A stretch of 64,000 bases of DNA from Nitrosopumilus sp. (GTDB lineage Archaea > Thermoproteota > Nitrososphaeria > Nitrososphaerales > Nitrosopumilaceae). Shown here piece after piece: positions 9,786 to 20,016 of the stretch; positions within the stretch are counted from its first letter, which is position 1; each line of letters starts with the position of its first letter. Made by a program: the position numbers and the translations under genes. The stretch is from positions 320,001 to 384,000 of the forward strand of contig OZ244651.1 in assembly GCA_965218695.1 (NCBI GenBank), read 5' to 3'. Below the pieces are notes generated by a model. The model was given only the letters and a program-made list of their open reading frames with translations. It had not been told where the DNA came from and did not search any database.

Positions 9786-10398
9786 CCCGAGCGTACCTCC
9801 CGCGTCCCTCAATCTCAGAGACCAGTCTTGTAATCATGGCAGAACGGGGACTCCCCACTGCAGACTTGTACCCTGCAAGAAAATTCTTCCACGCCTGCTC
9901 CATGATCTGGGCATGCGCACTGTTGAGAATCTCCTTGATCAACCTCAGGTCCACTGCATGATCCTCAGGCTTTATGGTGCTCTGGGACAGCCCAAAGTCG
10001 ATGATGAAGAGTGCATCCCCAAGGAGGATAAAGTTGGATGTGGTAAGATCCCCGTGCATTACGCCATTCCTGTGCAGTGTGCCGACCAGTCTCCCCATAC
10101 CTCCGGATACGTCTACTATCCTGGATTCTGGCAGGTCGTGAACCGGCGTTCCGCGAATCATCTGCATTACTATGGACGTCTGCCTGTGGTTTACAAAATA
10201 GACAAGCGGGGACGGAACCCCAAGGGACTTTACATGGGATATCATCTGCGACTCCCTTACGGTCCTCTGCCTCCGTATCCTAAGGTCAAGCACCGGGTTG
10301 CGGTATTTGCGGGATGTGCGGATCTTGAGGATCGCCTCTGCACCGCGCCAGACTGTCTGGTATATGTCAGCCTCCGCGCCCCTCTTTAGCAGCTTCAT
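9778..10398 (-). CDS. bud32: KEOPS complex kinase Bud32
   Basis: RGAEA, HGDLTTSN, IDFGL, ends RGRY. Confidence 0.93.
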   Translation of the reverse strand: MKLLKRGAEADIYQTVWRGAEAILKIRTSRKYRNPVLDLRIRRQRTVRESQMISHVKSLGVPSPLVYFVNHRQTSIVMQMIRGTPVHDLPESRIVDVSGGMGRLVGTLHRNGVMHGDLTTSNFILLGDALFIIDFGLSQSTIKPEDHAVDLRLIKEILNSAHAQIMEQAWKNFLAGYKSAVGSPRSAMITRLVSEIEGRGRYARVV

Positions 10399-10429
10399 TA
10401 ACGTTATAACCAGAGAAATTCAATAAAAG

Positions 10430-10753
10430 TTGATGGAGGATGGGGAGAAGAGGCTCAAGCAGGAGGACTGCAACGAGGACAAGCTAGGCCTTGGAATCCT
10501 GACCTTGACAAACCAGAGGCTGGCCTTTGACAAGACTCGCGCAAGGATGATGGATTTTTCAAAACACATCGGCGATACCATACTGGACGTGCCGCTAGGG
10601 GACGTTACAAGAGTGTGGAAGGAGGGCCTGCTTATGAAGAAGATATGTTTTACTGCAGAAACACAGGACGGTTCCCAGACATACAAGTTTGGCGTATTTA
10701 ACACAAAGGGCTGGCTCAAGTCCATCCAGGCTGCAATGGATGCAGCAGCGTAG
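10430..10753 (+). CDS. Hypothetical protein (PH/GRAM-like small beta domain)
   Basis: Clean 107-aa ORF between bud32 and kae1; GILTLTNQRLAF pattern. Confidence 0.7.
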   Translation: MMEDGEKRLKQEDCNEDKLGLGILTLTNQRLAFDKTRARMMDFSKHIGDTILDVPLGDVTRVWKEGLLMKKICFTAETQDGSQTYKFGVFNTKGWLKSIQAAMDAAA

Positions 10754-10790
10754 CAGTCTGTCCCTGCATAGCCTGCACCGGATCGAGGGT

Positions 10791-11774
10791 CTAGTATTTC
10801 ACAACCACTGAGTCCAGCCGCCATGACTGGGTGACAAAGGTATCCTCAAGAGGCGCACCCTCCTTGACCTTGGATTCAAGAAGGCCGGTCCAGCATATCT
10901 GGCTCCCACAGTCGCCGGCATACTTTAGCGGTACCACAAAAAGCCTGCATGCGTGCCTTGCACACACATCCCTTAGCATCTCAGAGAGCCTCTTGTTTGC
11001 CGCAACCCCTCCCACTATCATCAGCTCCCTCTTGCCTGTAAAGGACAGGGCGCGTTCCACTGTCTCGCAGATCATGGCAAAGGCTGTCTCTTGGAGCGAG
11101 TAACATGCATCATTTCTGCTGCCCTGCGCTGCAGACTTTGCAGCAGACAGCAGGCCCGAAAACGAGACGTCGTTTCCCTTTACAGAGTAGGGCAGCGGGA
11201 CGTACCCGGATGAGTCTGATGCAAGCCTCTCTATGTCAGGCCCGCACGGGGAGGCAAACCCGAGGGATCGTCCGAACTGGTCCAGCAGCTGCCCCAGTGT
11301 AATGTCAAGGGTCTCGCCAAAGACGCGCCACTGCCTGTTGAGAAACGCAAGAAGCATGGTGTGTCCTCCGGACACCAAAAGCACAAGCGGATTCCTTGCA
11401 CCAGTAAGTAATCGTCCCAGCTCGATGTGTCCTATTGCATGATTCACAGGATATATCGGAATGTCATAAAATGACGCAAGCGATCGCGCTACCACCGCGC
11501 CCACGCGCAGGCACGGCCCGAGTCCGGGTCCTGCAGCATACGAGACAATGTCAAGATCTCCTATTCGCACACCTGCATCAGCAAGGCACTGTGCCAACAC
11601 CTCCGAACTTTCTGCGGCATGGTGCCTTGATGCCTCCCGCGGATGAATCCCCTCACCCTTCTCGGGCCGGTATATCTTCCTGACATCAGACAGTATGCGT
11701 CCCTTGTCTCCGTTTCTCTCCATTACGGCACATGAGAACGTGTGCGCAGTGCTCTCTATTCCCAATCCCAGCAT
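10791..11774 (-). CDS. kae1: KEOPS t6A synthase Kae1
   Basis: GIESTAHT, GPGLGPCL, NHAIGHIE, VSGGHT, GGVAAN. Confidence 0.95.
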   Translation of the reverse strand: MLGLGIESTAHTFSCAVMERNGDKGRILSDVRKIYRPEKGEGIHPREASRHHAAESSEVLAQCLADAGVRIGDLDIVSYAAGPGLGPCLRVGAVVARSLASFYDIPIYPVNHAIGHIELGRLLTGARNPLVLLVSGGHTMLLAFLNRQWRVFGETLDITLGQLLDQFGRSLGFASPCGPDIERLASDSSGYVPLPYSVKGNDVSFSGLLSAAKSAAQGSRNDACYSLQETAFAMICETVERALSFTGKRELMIVGGVAANKRLSEMLRDVCARHACRLFVVPLKYAGDCGSQICWTGLLESKVKEGAPLEDTFVTQSWRLDSVVVKY

Positions 11775-11775
11775 A

Positions 11776-12963
11776 CTATCCCCTGCCCAGAGTCGATACC
11801 ACCTTGACTACGTCGCCGTCCTTGAGGACGTGGCTGCCCCCTATCCTCTGTCTGGTCTTGCAGTCGATTGCGTGCAAGAACCCCTTGGCAATATCTGCAT
11901 GAACCAATCCTGCCAGATCCCTGGCAGTGGAGCCCGGTGGGAGCAGTTTTGCATCCGGAAGTATTCGGCCGTTCTTGTCGGTAAGTTTTGTCTCATCCTC
12001 CACAGGATACGCCACGATATACCCCAGACTCTCAAAGACTGCAGTGTCCAGTATCTTTTGAATTCCGGTAGACGGAATCTTGGAGAAGACGGATCGTGCA
12101 AGATCAAGGGCCTTTTGCTGCGGGGGCGAGGGATTCACTCCCTCCCGTACTGCAAAGTCCCCGTCGCCAGGTGAGTATTTTATCATGCCTGCGCCGGATG
12201 CCTTTCGCAAAAGCAGTTCGGTTTCTGCGCTGCATGGAATTGCAACCGATTCAACCCTGTCAAGTATTGAAATGTCCCTGCACAGATCTGCCTTGTTTGC
12301 CGCAATTATCATGGGCTTGGTACCGCTCCTCAGCTCCTTGACGCATGCCATGATGTCAGGGTCTGTCCACTCCTTTGGATTCTTGGAGACAAGGCCAATC
12401 CTCTGCAGTACGTCCCGCACCTGTGAATCTGTAATTCCAAGACCTGTAAACCGCTTTGCAATGCCGTCTACAATCTTTGCCCTCTTTTGGTCCACCTCGC
12501 GGACAATCTTGTACCATTCCCTTCGGAGTATGTCTGCAAACCACTGGTCAAACTCGTCCTGGACAAAGGCGACATCCTCAAGGGGATCATGCGTTCCTGC
12601 AGGAACAGGCTGTCCCTGGATGTCGGTGGTTCCGGCAACATCAACCACATGCACCAGCACGTGTGCCTGCCGTGCATCATCTAGAAACTGGTTCCCGAGG
12701 CCCTTTCCGTCATGTGCGCCGGGAACCAGCCCTGCCACATCCACAAGCTTCACCGGAACAAGCCGGGTGCCGTTGAGGCACAGATCGTTTTGGTGCGTAA
12801 TGCCAAAGTGCCTGCATGCGCAGTCGGTCCGGATAAATGCCACACCGATGTTTGGCTCTATTGTGGTAAATGGAAAGTTGCCAGATGCCACATCAGTCTG
12901 TGTTGCAGCCGAGAAGAATGTCGACTTGCCCACGTTTGCCTTGCCTATCAGACCTATCTGCAC
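11776..12963 (-). CDS. ychF: Obg-like ATPase YchF with C-terminal TGS domain
   Basis: GKANVGKST, FPFTTIEPN, DVAGLVPGA, NKAD. Confidence 0.93.
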   Translation of the reverse strand: MQIGLIGKANVGKSTFFSAATQTDVASGNFPFTTIEPNIGVAFIRTDCACRHFGITHQNDLCLNGTRLVPVKLVDVAGLVPGAHDGKGLGNQFLDDARQAHVLVHVVDVAGTTDIQGQPVPAGTHDPLEDVAFVQDEFDQWFADILRREWYKIVREVDQKRAKIVDGIAKRFTGLGITDSQVRDVLQRIGLVSKNPKEWTDPDIMACVKELRSGTKPMIIAANKADLCRDISILDRVESVAIPCSAETELLLRKASGAGMIKYSPGDGDFAVREGVNPSPPQQKALDLARSVFSKIPSTGIQKILDTAVFESLGYIVAYPVEDETKLTDKNGRILPDAKLLPPGSTARDLAGLVHADIAKGFLHAIDCKTRQRIGGSHVLKDGDVVKVVSTLGRG

Positions 12964-13209
12964 ACATTCAGAAACATAATTCTACTTATTAGTATTAAGC
13001 CGTGGGGGTTTTCATGCACAGATGACTGCCAGATCGTCCATGGATAACACCATCCGGGACATGCTTTGTTTTCGGACATGGTTGATGTATGGATGATGGC
13101 CAATACACATCACCCGTATTTGGAGAAGAGCCGGCTGCATCATACGTGCTGCTGCGGCCTCAGTCACCAACCTGAAAATAATTTAACAAGGCTGCATCAA
13201 CTCCACACC

Positions 13210-13740
13210 ATGTCAGTAGTAATCACAGGAAGTCCTGGGGTCGGTAAACACACCATATCCAAAAAAATTGCCAAAAGGTTAGGATATGCCATCATCGACA
13301 CGAACAGAGTGGCAGCAGATGCAGGCCTTGCCGGTCCTGACGGCGTGGACACGGACATGCTTGGCAGCGTGATGGATCCCACAGACGAGGCAGTGATAGT
13401 GGGACACCTGGCACCGTACGCGCTGGATGCAGACCAGGCAGGCACAGTAATCATACTAAGGCGAAACCCGTACGAGCTGGTCCGGGTGTACCAGTCCAGG
13501 GGATACCCCAAGGAGAAGATAAGGGACAACGCAGGCAGCGAGATACTCGGAGTGATTGCAGCATACTCGCTTGAAAAGTTCGGAGAAAAGGCATTCGAGA
13601 TCGACATCACAGGATCCGGCATAGATGAGTCGACGTCGGCAGTAATGTCTGCAATATCAGGGGATGCACCGCACACCAGGATAGACTGGCTTGAAGAGGT
13701 GACACAAAAAGGCGATCTGCAAAGGTTCTTTGGCTATTGA
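13210..13740 (+). CDS. Adenylate kinase, AK6/Fap7-like
   Basis: ITGSPGVGKHT P-loop, VGH, RGY..EKI..N; start set at MSVVITG. Confidence 0.85.
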   Translation: MSVVITGSPGVGKHTISKKIAKRLGYAIIDTNRVAADAGLAGPDGVDTDMLGSVMDPTDEAVIVGHLAPYALDADQAGTVIILRRNPYELVRVYQSRGYPKEKIRDNAGSEILGVIAAYSLEKFGEKAFEIDITGSGIDESTSAVMSAISGDAPHTRIDWLEEVTQKGDLQRFFGY

Positions 13741-13771
13741 TTAAATACCCGGCAGCAGGGTGTGATGTTGC

Positions 13772-15280
13772 TTGTTTGAGATATACAAGACGGATCTGGC
13801 AGGAAGGATAGGTGCCATCCAGACAAACCATGGAAAGGTCATGACGCCTGCATACGTCCCGGTAGTCCACCCCGTCAAGCAGACCATCCCGGCCAAAGAG
13901 ATCAAAAAGATGGGCTTTGACCTGATAATCACCAACGCATACATCACCAGAAGCAGGTTCGGGGATGAGGCCGTAAAGAGGGGAATCCACGACATAACGG
14001 ACTTTGACGGCGCAGTCATGACAGACTCCGGAGGATACCAGGTTCTGGAGTACGGCGATCTCAGCGTCAAGCCCTCGGAGATAGCAGAGTTTGAGAGGGA
14101 GATCATGACGGACATTGCAATTCCGCTTGACCGGCCCACCGGATTCGGACTCCCGCTCAAAAAGGCAGAGTCGTACGTAAGACACACCCTGAGGGTCTCA
14201 AAACAGACCCTCAAGGACAGTGCAGACAACGGCCAGATATGGGTCGGCCCCATCCAGGGCGGCGAGCATTTTGATCTTGTGGCAGGATCAACCAGAGGCC
14301 TTGTACGCGCCGGCTTCCAGATGCTGGCCCTTGGAAGCCCGGTAGAGTTCATGGAGTCATATCAGTACAGGCTTCTAGCCCAGATGATAGTGGCGGCAAA
14401 AAGAAATATGCCGCACTCCATACCTCTGCACCTCTTTGGAGCCGGACACCCCCTTACCATACCGCTTGCAGTGGCACTGGGATGCGACACGTTTGACTCG
14501 GCATCATACATCCTCTATGCCAGACAGAACAGATACATCACAGATGACGGCACCAGAGACCTTGATGAGATATCGGTATTTCCCTGCGGATGCAGGATCT
14601 GTACAGGGCATACCCCTGCCGAGCTGCGCGGGCTTGAGGTAGGCGCAAGGACAGACAGCCTTGCCGTCCACAACCTGTACGCCATAGGCCTTGAAGTCAA
14701 CAGAACCAGACAGGCAATCCACGAGGGCAGACTCTGGGAGTATGTCATGAAGAAGGCAAGGGCCCACCCGAGGCTCTTTGAGGCAGCAGAGGTGCTTACC
14801 GGAAACTGCGATCTGCTAAGTACTGGCACGCCCCGGTTCAAGACAAAGGCCATATTCCTTTACGGACCTGAGGATCAGTTTCGCCCCGAGGTGGCGTCAT
14901 ACCATGGGATGGTCAGAAGGTTCAGGTCAAAAAAGAACATACTGCTAATCACAAGGGAATCAGAGGTAAAGCCAGGATACCTCTCGCCACAGTACGCCAG
15001 ACTCGGGAGAGACGTGCCCGATTTGGGTTCGGTACAGGTGTGCCAGTACAACCCCGTCTTGGGGCTGATCCCGATCGAGATATCAGATATATTCCCTGCC
15101 GCACACCACGAGACTGCCAGGATACGCTTTGACCCGGGACAATGCCAGGCATTTGCAGACACGTGGAGAATCTTCCTTGAAAACAACAGATTCTCAGAGG
15201 TACGCTACGACAAAGATGACGAGTTTCTAAGGTATTACGCAGGGACACTCCCGGACGGGTGCGCAGAAAATCCACTGTAA
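13772..15280 (+). CDS. tgtA: Archaeosine tRNA-guanine(15) transglycosylase
   Basis: MTDSGGYQ, GPIQGG, HLFGAGHP, GCDTFDSASY, CxCxxC zinc site. Confidence 0.94.
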   Translation: MFEIYKTDLAGRIGAIQTNHGKVMTPAYVPVVHPVKQTIPAKEIKKMGFDLIITNAYITRSRFGDEAVKRGIHDITDFDGAVMTDSGGYQVLEYGDLSVKPSEIAEFEREIMTDIAIPLDRPTGFGLPLKKAESYVRHTLRVSKQTLKDSADNGQIWVGPIQGGEHFDLVAGSTRGLVRAGFQMLALGSPVEFMESYQYRLLAQMIVAAKRNMPHSIPLHLFGAGHPLTIPLAVALGCDTFDSASYILYARQNRYITDDGTRDLDEISVFPCGCRICTGHTPAELRGLEVGARTDSLAVHNLYAIGLEVNRTRQAIHEGRLWEYVMKKARAHPRLFEAAEVLTGNCDLLSTGTPRFKTKAIFLYGPEDQFRPEVASYHGMVRRFRSKKNILLITRESEVKPGYLSPQYARLGRDVPDLGSVQVCQYNPVLGLIPIEISDIFPAAHHETARIRFDPGQCQAFADTWRIFLENNRFSEVRYDKDDEFLRYYAGTLPDGCAENPL

Positions 15281-15316
15281 CAAAAAAAGAAAAAAGAGTG
15301 TTGCAAAAGAACGCTG

Positions 15317-15619
15317 CTATAGTGCTGCGTCCTCTGCCCAACCCTTGACGAAGACACCATTCTGGTGAAGAGGTACTGGTTGTCCAGCAGTGTAGTTCAT
15401 TGGCCTCATCCAAAAGATGGACTTTGTTGGGCATACACCTATGCATGCACCATCAGAGATACATCTCTCAGGATAAAAGACAAATGCCTTACCCCTCTTC
15501 CAGCCTTCAACAGGTTTTACTCTAAGGACATCTGGACCAAGAGTTGTACAGATCTCTACGCACAGTGCGCATCCGATACATCTCTGCTCGTCAATGTCTG
15601 GAAGTATTGCTATTGGCAT
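15317..15619 (-). CDS. Di-cluster ferredoxin
   Basis: CIGCALCVEIC and CISDGACIGVCP motifs. Confidence 0.92.
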   Translation of the reverse strand: MPIAILPDIDEQRCIGCALCVEICTTLGPDVLRVKPVEGWKRGKAFVFYPERCISDGACIGVCPTKSIFWMRPMNYTAGQPVPLHQNGVFVKGWAEDAAL

Positions 15620-15644
15620 TATAAGACTACATCTGATGGATTGA

Positions 15645-15652
15645 TATTTAAA
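15645..15652 (-). promoter_or_regulatory. Putative archaeal TATA box of the ferredoxin gene
   Basis: TTTAAATA on the minus strand 26-33 nt upstream of the ATG at 15619. Confidence 0.55.
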
Positions 15653-15824
15653 CTATGATCAAAATTCATAACCCTGTTATGAAATGGCCTCGACCGAACG
15701 GCTACAGTCGGGCCGCATCACGAATGCGGCACGCCAGATACACGCCTGAAAATGTCGGTTCCGTTGGGAATGCATGCAGAGCGCCCGCTAGGAACTCTTA
15801 AAAAACAAAAAACCGTGTGTACGT

Positions 15825-16046
15825 CTATTTTCTCATTGCATCGATCTGACCGGAGGTTACCCAGTCAAGGAGCTCTGCAGAAGAGGGGTTCAGGTCAGCT
15901 CTCTTATTCATAAGATTGGCAACCCAAATCCAGTTAATCTGGTTTAGCAATGGCTTGTTTGCCTCGTCGCCTGCACGGGTCTTGGCTACGAGCCCCTGAT
16001 CTTGCTGATTTAACCATTCTTGGTAACTTCTTCCCATGAAAATCAA
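15825..16046 (-). CDS. Small hypothetical protein
   Basis: Clean ~70-aa ORF with AT-rich upstream box; true start probably MGRSYQEW. Confidence 0.7.
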   Translation of the reverse strand: MIFMGRSYQEWLNQQDQGLVAKTRAGDEANKPLLNQINWIWVANLMNKRADLNPSSAELLDWVTSGQIDAMRK

Positions 16047-16127
16047 TCTTAGCTTGCACTAATTAAAGCTTTTGAAGATTCCAACAGAAATATAATATCA
16101 TCAGGATTTGTTCCAGAAGGTATTAAC

Positions 16128-17414
16128 ATGGATGATGATTCATCAAAATTCTTGAATATCAAAGTACTTGGGGCGGCAGGCGAGGTAGGCAGATCCGGGT
16201 TTCTAGTAGAATCCGACCAGGCCAGTCTTCTGCTTGACTATGGCGTCATGTTTGGAAGACGTGGCACGCCTCCCGGATACCCCATGCATGTAAAGCCCAA
16301 GGATGTCGATGCAGTGGTGATTACCCATGCGCATCTGGATCACTCGGGCAACGTGCCATCTCTCTTTATGGGCGGAGGCACGGACGTCTACGCCACACCG
16401 CCCACGCTTGACCTTACAAGACTGCTCATAGAGGACATGCTGAAGATTGAAAAACAGCACATCTTTGAACTGCCAGAGCTTGACAACATGATGAGACATG
16501 CCAAGGATGTTGCCTTCAGGCAGAAGGTGGCAATAAAGGATGCCACGTTTGAGCTAAGGGAGTCCGGACATGTCATAGGCGGGAGCACCGTCCTTGTAGA
16601 GTCGGCCGGGAAGAGGTTGTTTTATACCGGGGACATCAAGACCAGCGGTTCAAGGATGTTGCGCGAGGCTGATCTGGACGTGGGGGAGATCGACATGCTA
16701 ATTACTGAAAGCACATACTCGCAGACTGCACAGAAGCCAAGGGTCGAATCAGAAAGGGAGCTTGTCGAGTTTGCAAACGAGGTGACCGAGAGGGGCGGCA
16801 CCATATTCATCCCGTCGTTTTCAGTGGAGAGATCCCAAGAGATCGCATGTATCCTGAGAAATGCAAGGTTCAAGCACAGGATAATCATGGACGGGATGGC
16901 ACTCAAGGTCAACGACATCATGTTCAGGCATCCAGAGTATCTGCGCGATCCTGAAATCTTTGAGGATGCCATAAACGGGGCCACGTCAGTAAGGAGCCAG
17001 AAGGAGCGCAGGCGCGCAATGGAGGAGCCGTGCGCAGTAATCTCGCCAGCAGGGATGCTGGTCGGCGGAAACGCCGTACTGTACCTGCAGAATCTTGCAT
17101 TTGACGAGAAGAACGGGATAGCGCTGGTATCGTACCAGGGCGATGGCACCCCTGGAAGAAGGCTTTTGGAGACAGGCAAGGTCGTTACCAGGGGCAGGGA
17201 GTCCAGGGCTACAGCCGAGGTGAGACAGTTTGAGTTTTCAGGCCATGCAGACAGGAACGAGCTCTTTGAGATGATAGGCAGGATCAAGGGGAACCCCAAG
17301 GTTCTTACGGTTCATGGCGATTCCGAGTCGTGTGATACCTTTGCCCAAGAGATTCACGAGAGGTTCGGCCTTGAGGCACACGCGCCGGAAGCCGGCCAGA
17401 CAGTGACTGTCTGA
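16128..17414 (+). CDS. Metallo-beta-lactamase/beta-CASP ribonuclease (aCPSF2-like)
   Basis: GAAGEVGRS, THAHLDH, GHVIG, YTGD, ESTY, FSGHAD, VHGD. Confidence 0.9.
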   Translation: MDDDSSKFLNIKVLGAAGEVGRSGFLVESDQASLLLDYGVMFGRRGTPPGYPMHVKPKDVDAVVITHAHLDHSGNVPSLFMGGGTDVYATPPTLDLTRLLIEDMLKIEKQHIFELPELDNMMRHAKDVAFRQKVAIKDATFELRESGHVIGGSTVLVESAGKRLFYTGDIKTSGSRMLREADLDVGEIDMLITESTYSQTAQKPRVESERELVEFANEVTERGGTIFIPSFSVERSQEIACILRNARFKHRIIMDGMALKVNDIMFRHPEYLRDPEIFEDAINGATSVRSQKERRRAMEEPCAVISPAGMLVGGNAVLYLQNLAFDEKNGIALVSYQGDGTPGRRLLETGKVVTRGRESRATAEVRQFEFSGHADRNELFEMIGRIKGNPKVLTVHGDSESCDTFAQEIHERFGLEAHAPEAGQTVTV

Positions 17415-17415
17415 G

Positions 17416-18231
17416 ATGGATTTTGACGTCTCCATAAACAGCGGCCAGGTATTCCTGTGGAGAAAGATTGGCGATGCGTGGTACGGCGTTGACGGCCAGA
17501 ATGTCATAAGACTGAATCCTACAGGGGTACTGTCCGGCCCGGCGGCAGACTTTGCAAGGTGCGGCGGCGACATGGATGCGATAATCAGATCAGTTTCCGG
17601 GGATGCCCTGGTAAGGGAAGCCGTTGCCATGTATCCAGGACTCAGGATATTCTGTCAGGATCCATTCCAGTGCCTGATATCGTTTGTCGTATCCTCCAAC
17701 TCCAGTATCCAGAAGATCAGGGCATGCCTGGAGAGGCTGTGCAGGATGTACGGGGAGGAAGTCACAGTCGACGGGGAGGAGTTTTTCGTGTTTCCAAGAC
17801 CAGAGAGGCTTGCAGGTGCCACCCCAGAAGAGATTGGCAGGTGCGGCACCGGGTACCGCTCTGGATTTGTTAGGGATGCTGCACGGATGGTGGCATCAGG
17901 CAGGATTGACCTGCAGGAGCTGCGCGATATGGACTACGAACATGCACGTGATGCAGTGTGCACAGTGCCCGGTGTCGGATACAAGGTGGCAGACTGCGTG
18001 ATGCTGTTCTCGCTTGAAAAGCCCGAGGCGTTTCCAATCGACAGGTGGACGACTAGGATTCTAAGGGAGCACTACCCGGGCAGATTCAGTCTTGACACAA
18101 AGACGATAACCCAGATGCAGTACCGCAGGATTCACGAGGAGGTTGTAGACTACTTTGGACCATATGCAGGATACGCCCAGCAGTTTCTCTTCAAGATGAA
18201 AAGGGAGAGACTCGGCAGAAGATGGCTGTAG
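17416..18231 (+). CDS. 8-oxoguanine DNA glycosylase (Ogg, HhH-GPD)
   Basis: SGQVFLW, QDPFQCL, GYRS, PGVGYKVADC, FPID, GYAQQFLF. Confidence 0.9.
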   Translation: MDFDVSINSGQVFLWRKIGDAWYGVDGQNVIRLNPTGVLSGPAADFARCGGDMDAIIRSVSGDALVREAVAMYPGLRIFCQDPFQCLISFVVSSNSSIQKIRACLERLCRMYGEEVTVDGEEFFVFPRPERLAGATPEEIGRCGTGYRSGFVRDAARMVASGRIDLQELRDMDYEHARDAVCTVPGVGYKVADCVMLFSLEKPEAFPIDRWTTRILREHYPGRFSLDTKTITQMQYRRIHEEVVDYFGPYAGYAQQFLFKMKRERLGRRWL

Positions 18232-18355
18232 ACACGGCTCTGGACGGTTCCATGCATGCTGCGACGTTCCTGCAGATTCCGCATGCCGTTCTGACTGCAT
18301 GACGGTATCCGTACGCATCAGACAGTTTCATACGCGCGTGGGATCGTGCCAGAGA

Positions 18356-18793
18356 CTAGTCCCGGTACATCTTTGTAAACCACATACTGAGGTTGATCAC
18401 TCCAAGGAAGATCACAAACGCAAAGGACTGTGCAATGACTGACGCAAGGTACGGATCGTAGGCGATATTTAGAAGATAATACTGTATGAGCCACCTGGAG
18501 ATGCCATATACCACCTCTGAGATTCCAAAGGAGGTAAATATCTTCTTCAGATCGCTTTTGAGTCTTGTCCTATCCGTATGCCCCGATTCTAGGAGATACC
18601 TCCTCCGGTTGTCAAGGTAGAACAAGCCACCAAACACCAAAAAGTAGACAGAATAATCGATGATTGTTACATAGGTGGAATTAAGATAGTCCGGCAGGTC
18701 GACGAGCATCTCGGCGGCGACTGCAGACACCGTAAGGGCCACTACAAACGATATCAAGATGTTCTTGTTGAATTGTACGTACCCAGATACCAT
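18356..18793 (-). CDS. Small 4-TM membrane protein (GtrA-like)
   Basis: Four hydrophobic segments in 145 aa. Confidence 0.65.
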   Translation of the reverse strand: MVSGYVQFNKNILISFVVALTVSAVAAEMLVDLPDYLNSTYVTIIDYSVYFLVFGGLFYLDNRRRYLLESGHTDRTRLKSDLKKIFTSFGISEVVYGISRWLIQYYLLNIAYDPYLASVIAQSFAFVIFLGVINLSMWFTKMYRD

Positions 18794-19039
18794 GAGACTT
18801 GCCTTGTAATCACATAATTAAATCCAATCCAGCGGCGGTGCATCAAAGAAGATGCAGTGTAGAACCGGGGAACATGCTGGACCATTTCAGGCCACGGGAC
18901 TGCTCAGATGCGTGGCTGTTTAGCTGCAGAACCAGACTGATGTGGAAATCTCAAACGGAGCAGCAGGCGCCATAACATTGAGGTTCCCGGCAGATTAGCG
19001 CTCTAAACCCTTAAAATGGCATTTGTCTTCTCAATTCTT

Positions 19040-19114
19040 GGGCCCATAGCTCAGCATGGATAGAGTGTTGGACTTCTAATCCAATGGTCAAGGGATCGAA
19101 GCCCTTTGGGCCCG
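19040..19114 (+). tRNA. tRNA-Arg(UCU)
   Basis: Acceptor GGGCCCA/TGGGCCC, anticodon arm TTGGA-CTTCTAA-TCCAA, T arm AAGGG-ATCGAAG-CCCTT; CTTAAAA box about 25 nt upstream. Confidence 0.95.
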
Positions 19115-19154
19115 CCTGATAAAATTATTTATGCAGACCCCGTGTGGGGGTAGC

Positions 19155-19505
19155 ATGAAGGACATCGGATTCTCCCTGAACACCACTGAGATCCATCCGG
19201 ACTCTGAGATAATTGGAACCGTGTCAGTGGCATACCCTGGAAGGTACGACGGGGTCGTCATCAACACCCAGATCGCAGACTCTAACGAGCACATAACCTA
19301 CAAATCCTACAACAAAAAGATCATCTCGCACAACGTCTCAAGGCTGTTCATACCTCGGGAGGCGATGCCTCAGGATACGGCAGAGTTTACAGCCACGATC
19401 AAGTTTGTTCCGGAACGCGAGTACGAGGTAAAGTTCAGGGCCTCGATAATAGAGCAGCACAAGGAGATCGAAAGCCAGATAATCTTTGCAAGATACTACG
19501 TCTAG
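19155..19505 (+). CDS. Hypothetical protein
   Basis: Clean ORF; likely start MKDIGFS. Confidence 0.7.
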   Translation: MKDIGFSLNTTEIHPDSEIIGTVSVAYPGRYDGVVINTQIADSNEHITYKSYNKKIISHNVSRLFIPREAMPQDTAEFTATIKFVPEREYEVKFRASIIEQHKEIESQIIFARYYV

Positions 19506-19963
19506 AACCTGCTCTTCTCAATTATTATGGAGCCCTTCATCCACGGGTGCGGCGTGCAGTGGTAGTGTATCTCTGCAGGCTCTGTGAACACAAACTCGTA
19601 TGTCTCGCCAGGCTTGATGACGCCGGGAGAATTAAACTCGCCGCTGTACGAATCTTCATACCTGTGGTCCGGCGTAACGGTGTGCGCAGTCTCGTCGCTG
19701 TTGGTCCACACCACATGGTTATCAACTGTCAGCAACACTTTGGAATCCTGCGGAATGTACGCATCATTGCCCTCGGTCAGTGCTCCGGGCACTATGTCGA
19801 TTGTAAGTATTTTCTCAGGATCCAGTATGTGCTCGTCTACGGACGGTTTTAACAGGGACTCTGGAAGATAAAATGACGTGTAAAATACGAAAACCACTGA
19901 CATTCCCACAATCAGTGAAATGACTCCTATGCCATAGGCGTGGCTGGATGCCTGGGCACTCAT
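19502..19963 (-). CDS. Membrane-anchored type 1 blue copper (plastocyanin-like) protein
   Basis: N-terminal TM helix; HTVT...CTPHPWM copper ligands; directly downstream of cytochrome b. Confidence 0.9.
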   Translation of the reverse strand: MSAQASSHAYGIGVISLIVGMSVVFVFYTSFYLPESLLKPSVDEHILDPEKILTIDIVPGALTEGNDAYIPQDSKVLLTVDNHVVWTNSDETAHTVTPDHRYEDSYSGEFNSPGVIKPGETYEFVFTEPAEIHYHCTPHPWMKGSIIIEKSRF

Positions 19964-20016
19964 TATCCAATCGACGCCTCCAAGTCATTATAAAGCTTCT
20001 TTGGGCCCATCACTCA

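Noticed and set aside
9310-10389. 359-aa plus-strand ORF
   Set aside because: Antisense to rdgB and bud32 with no recognisable motifs
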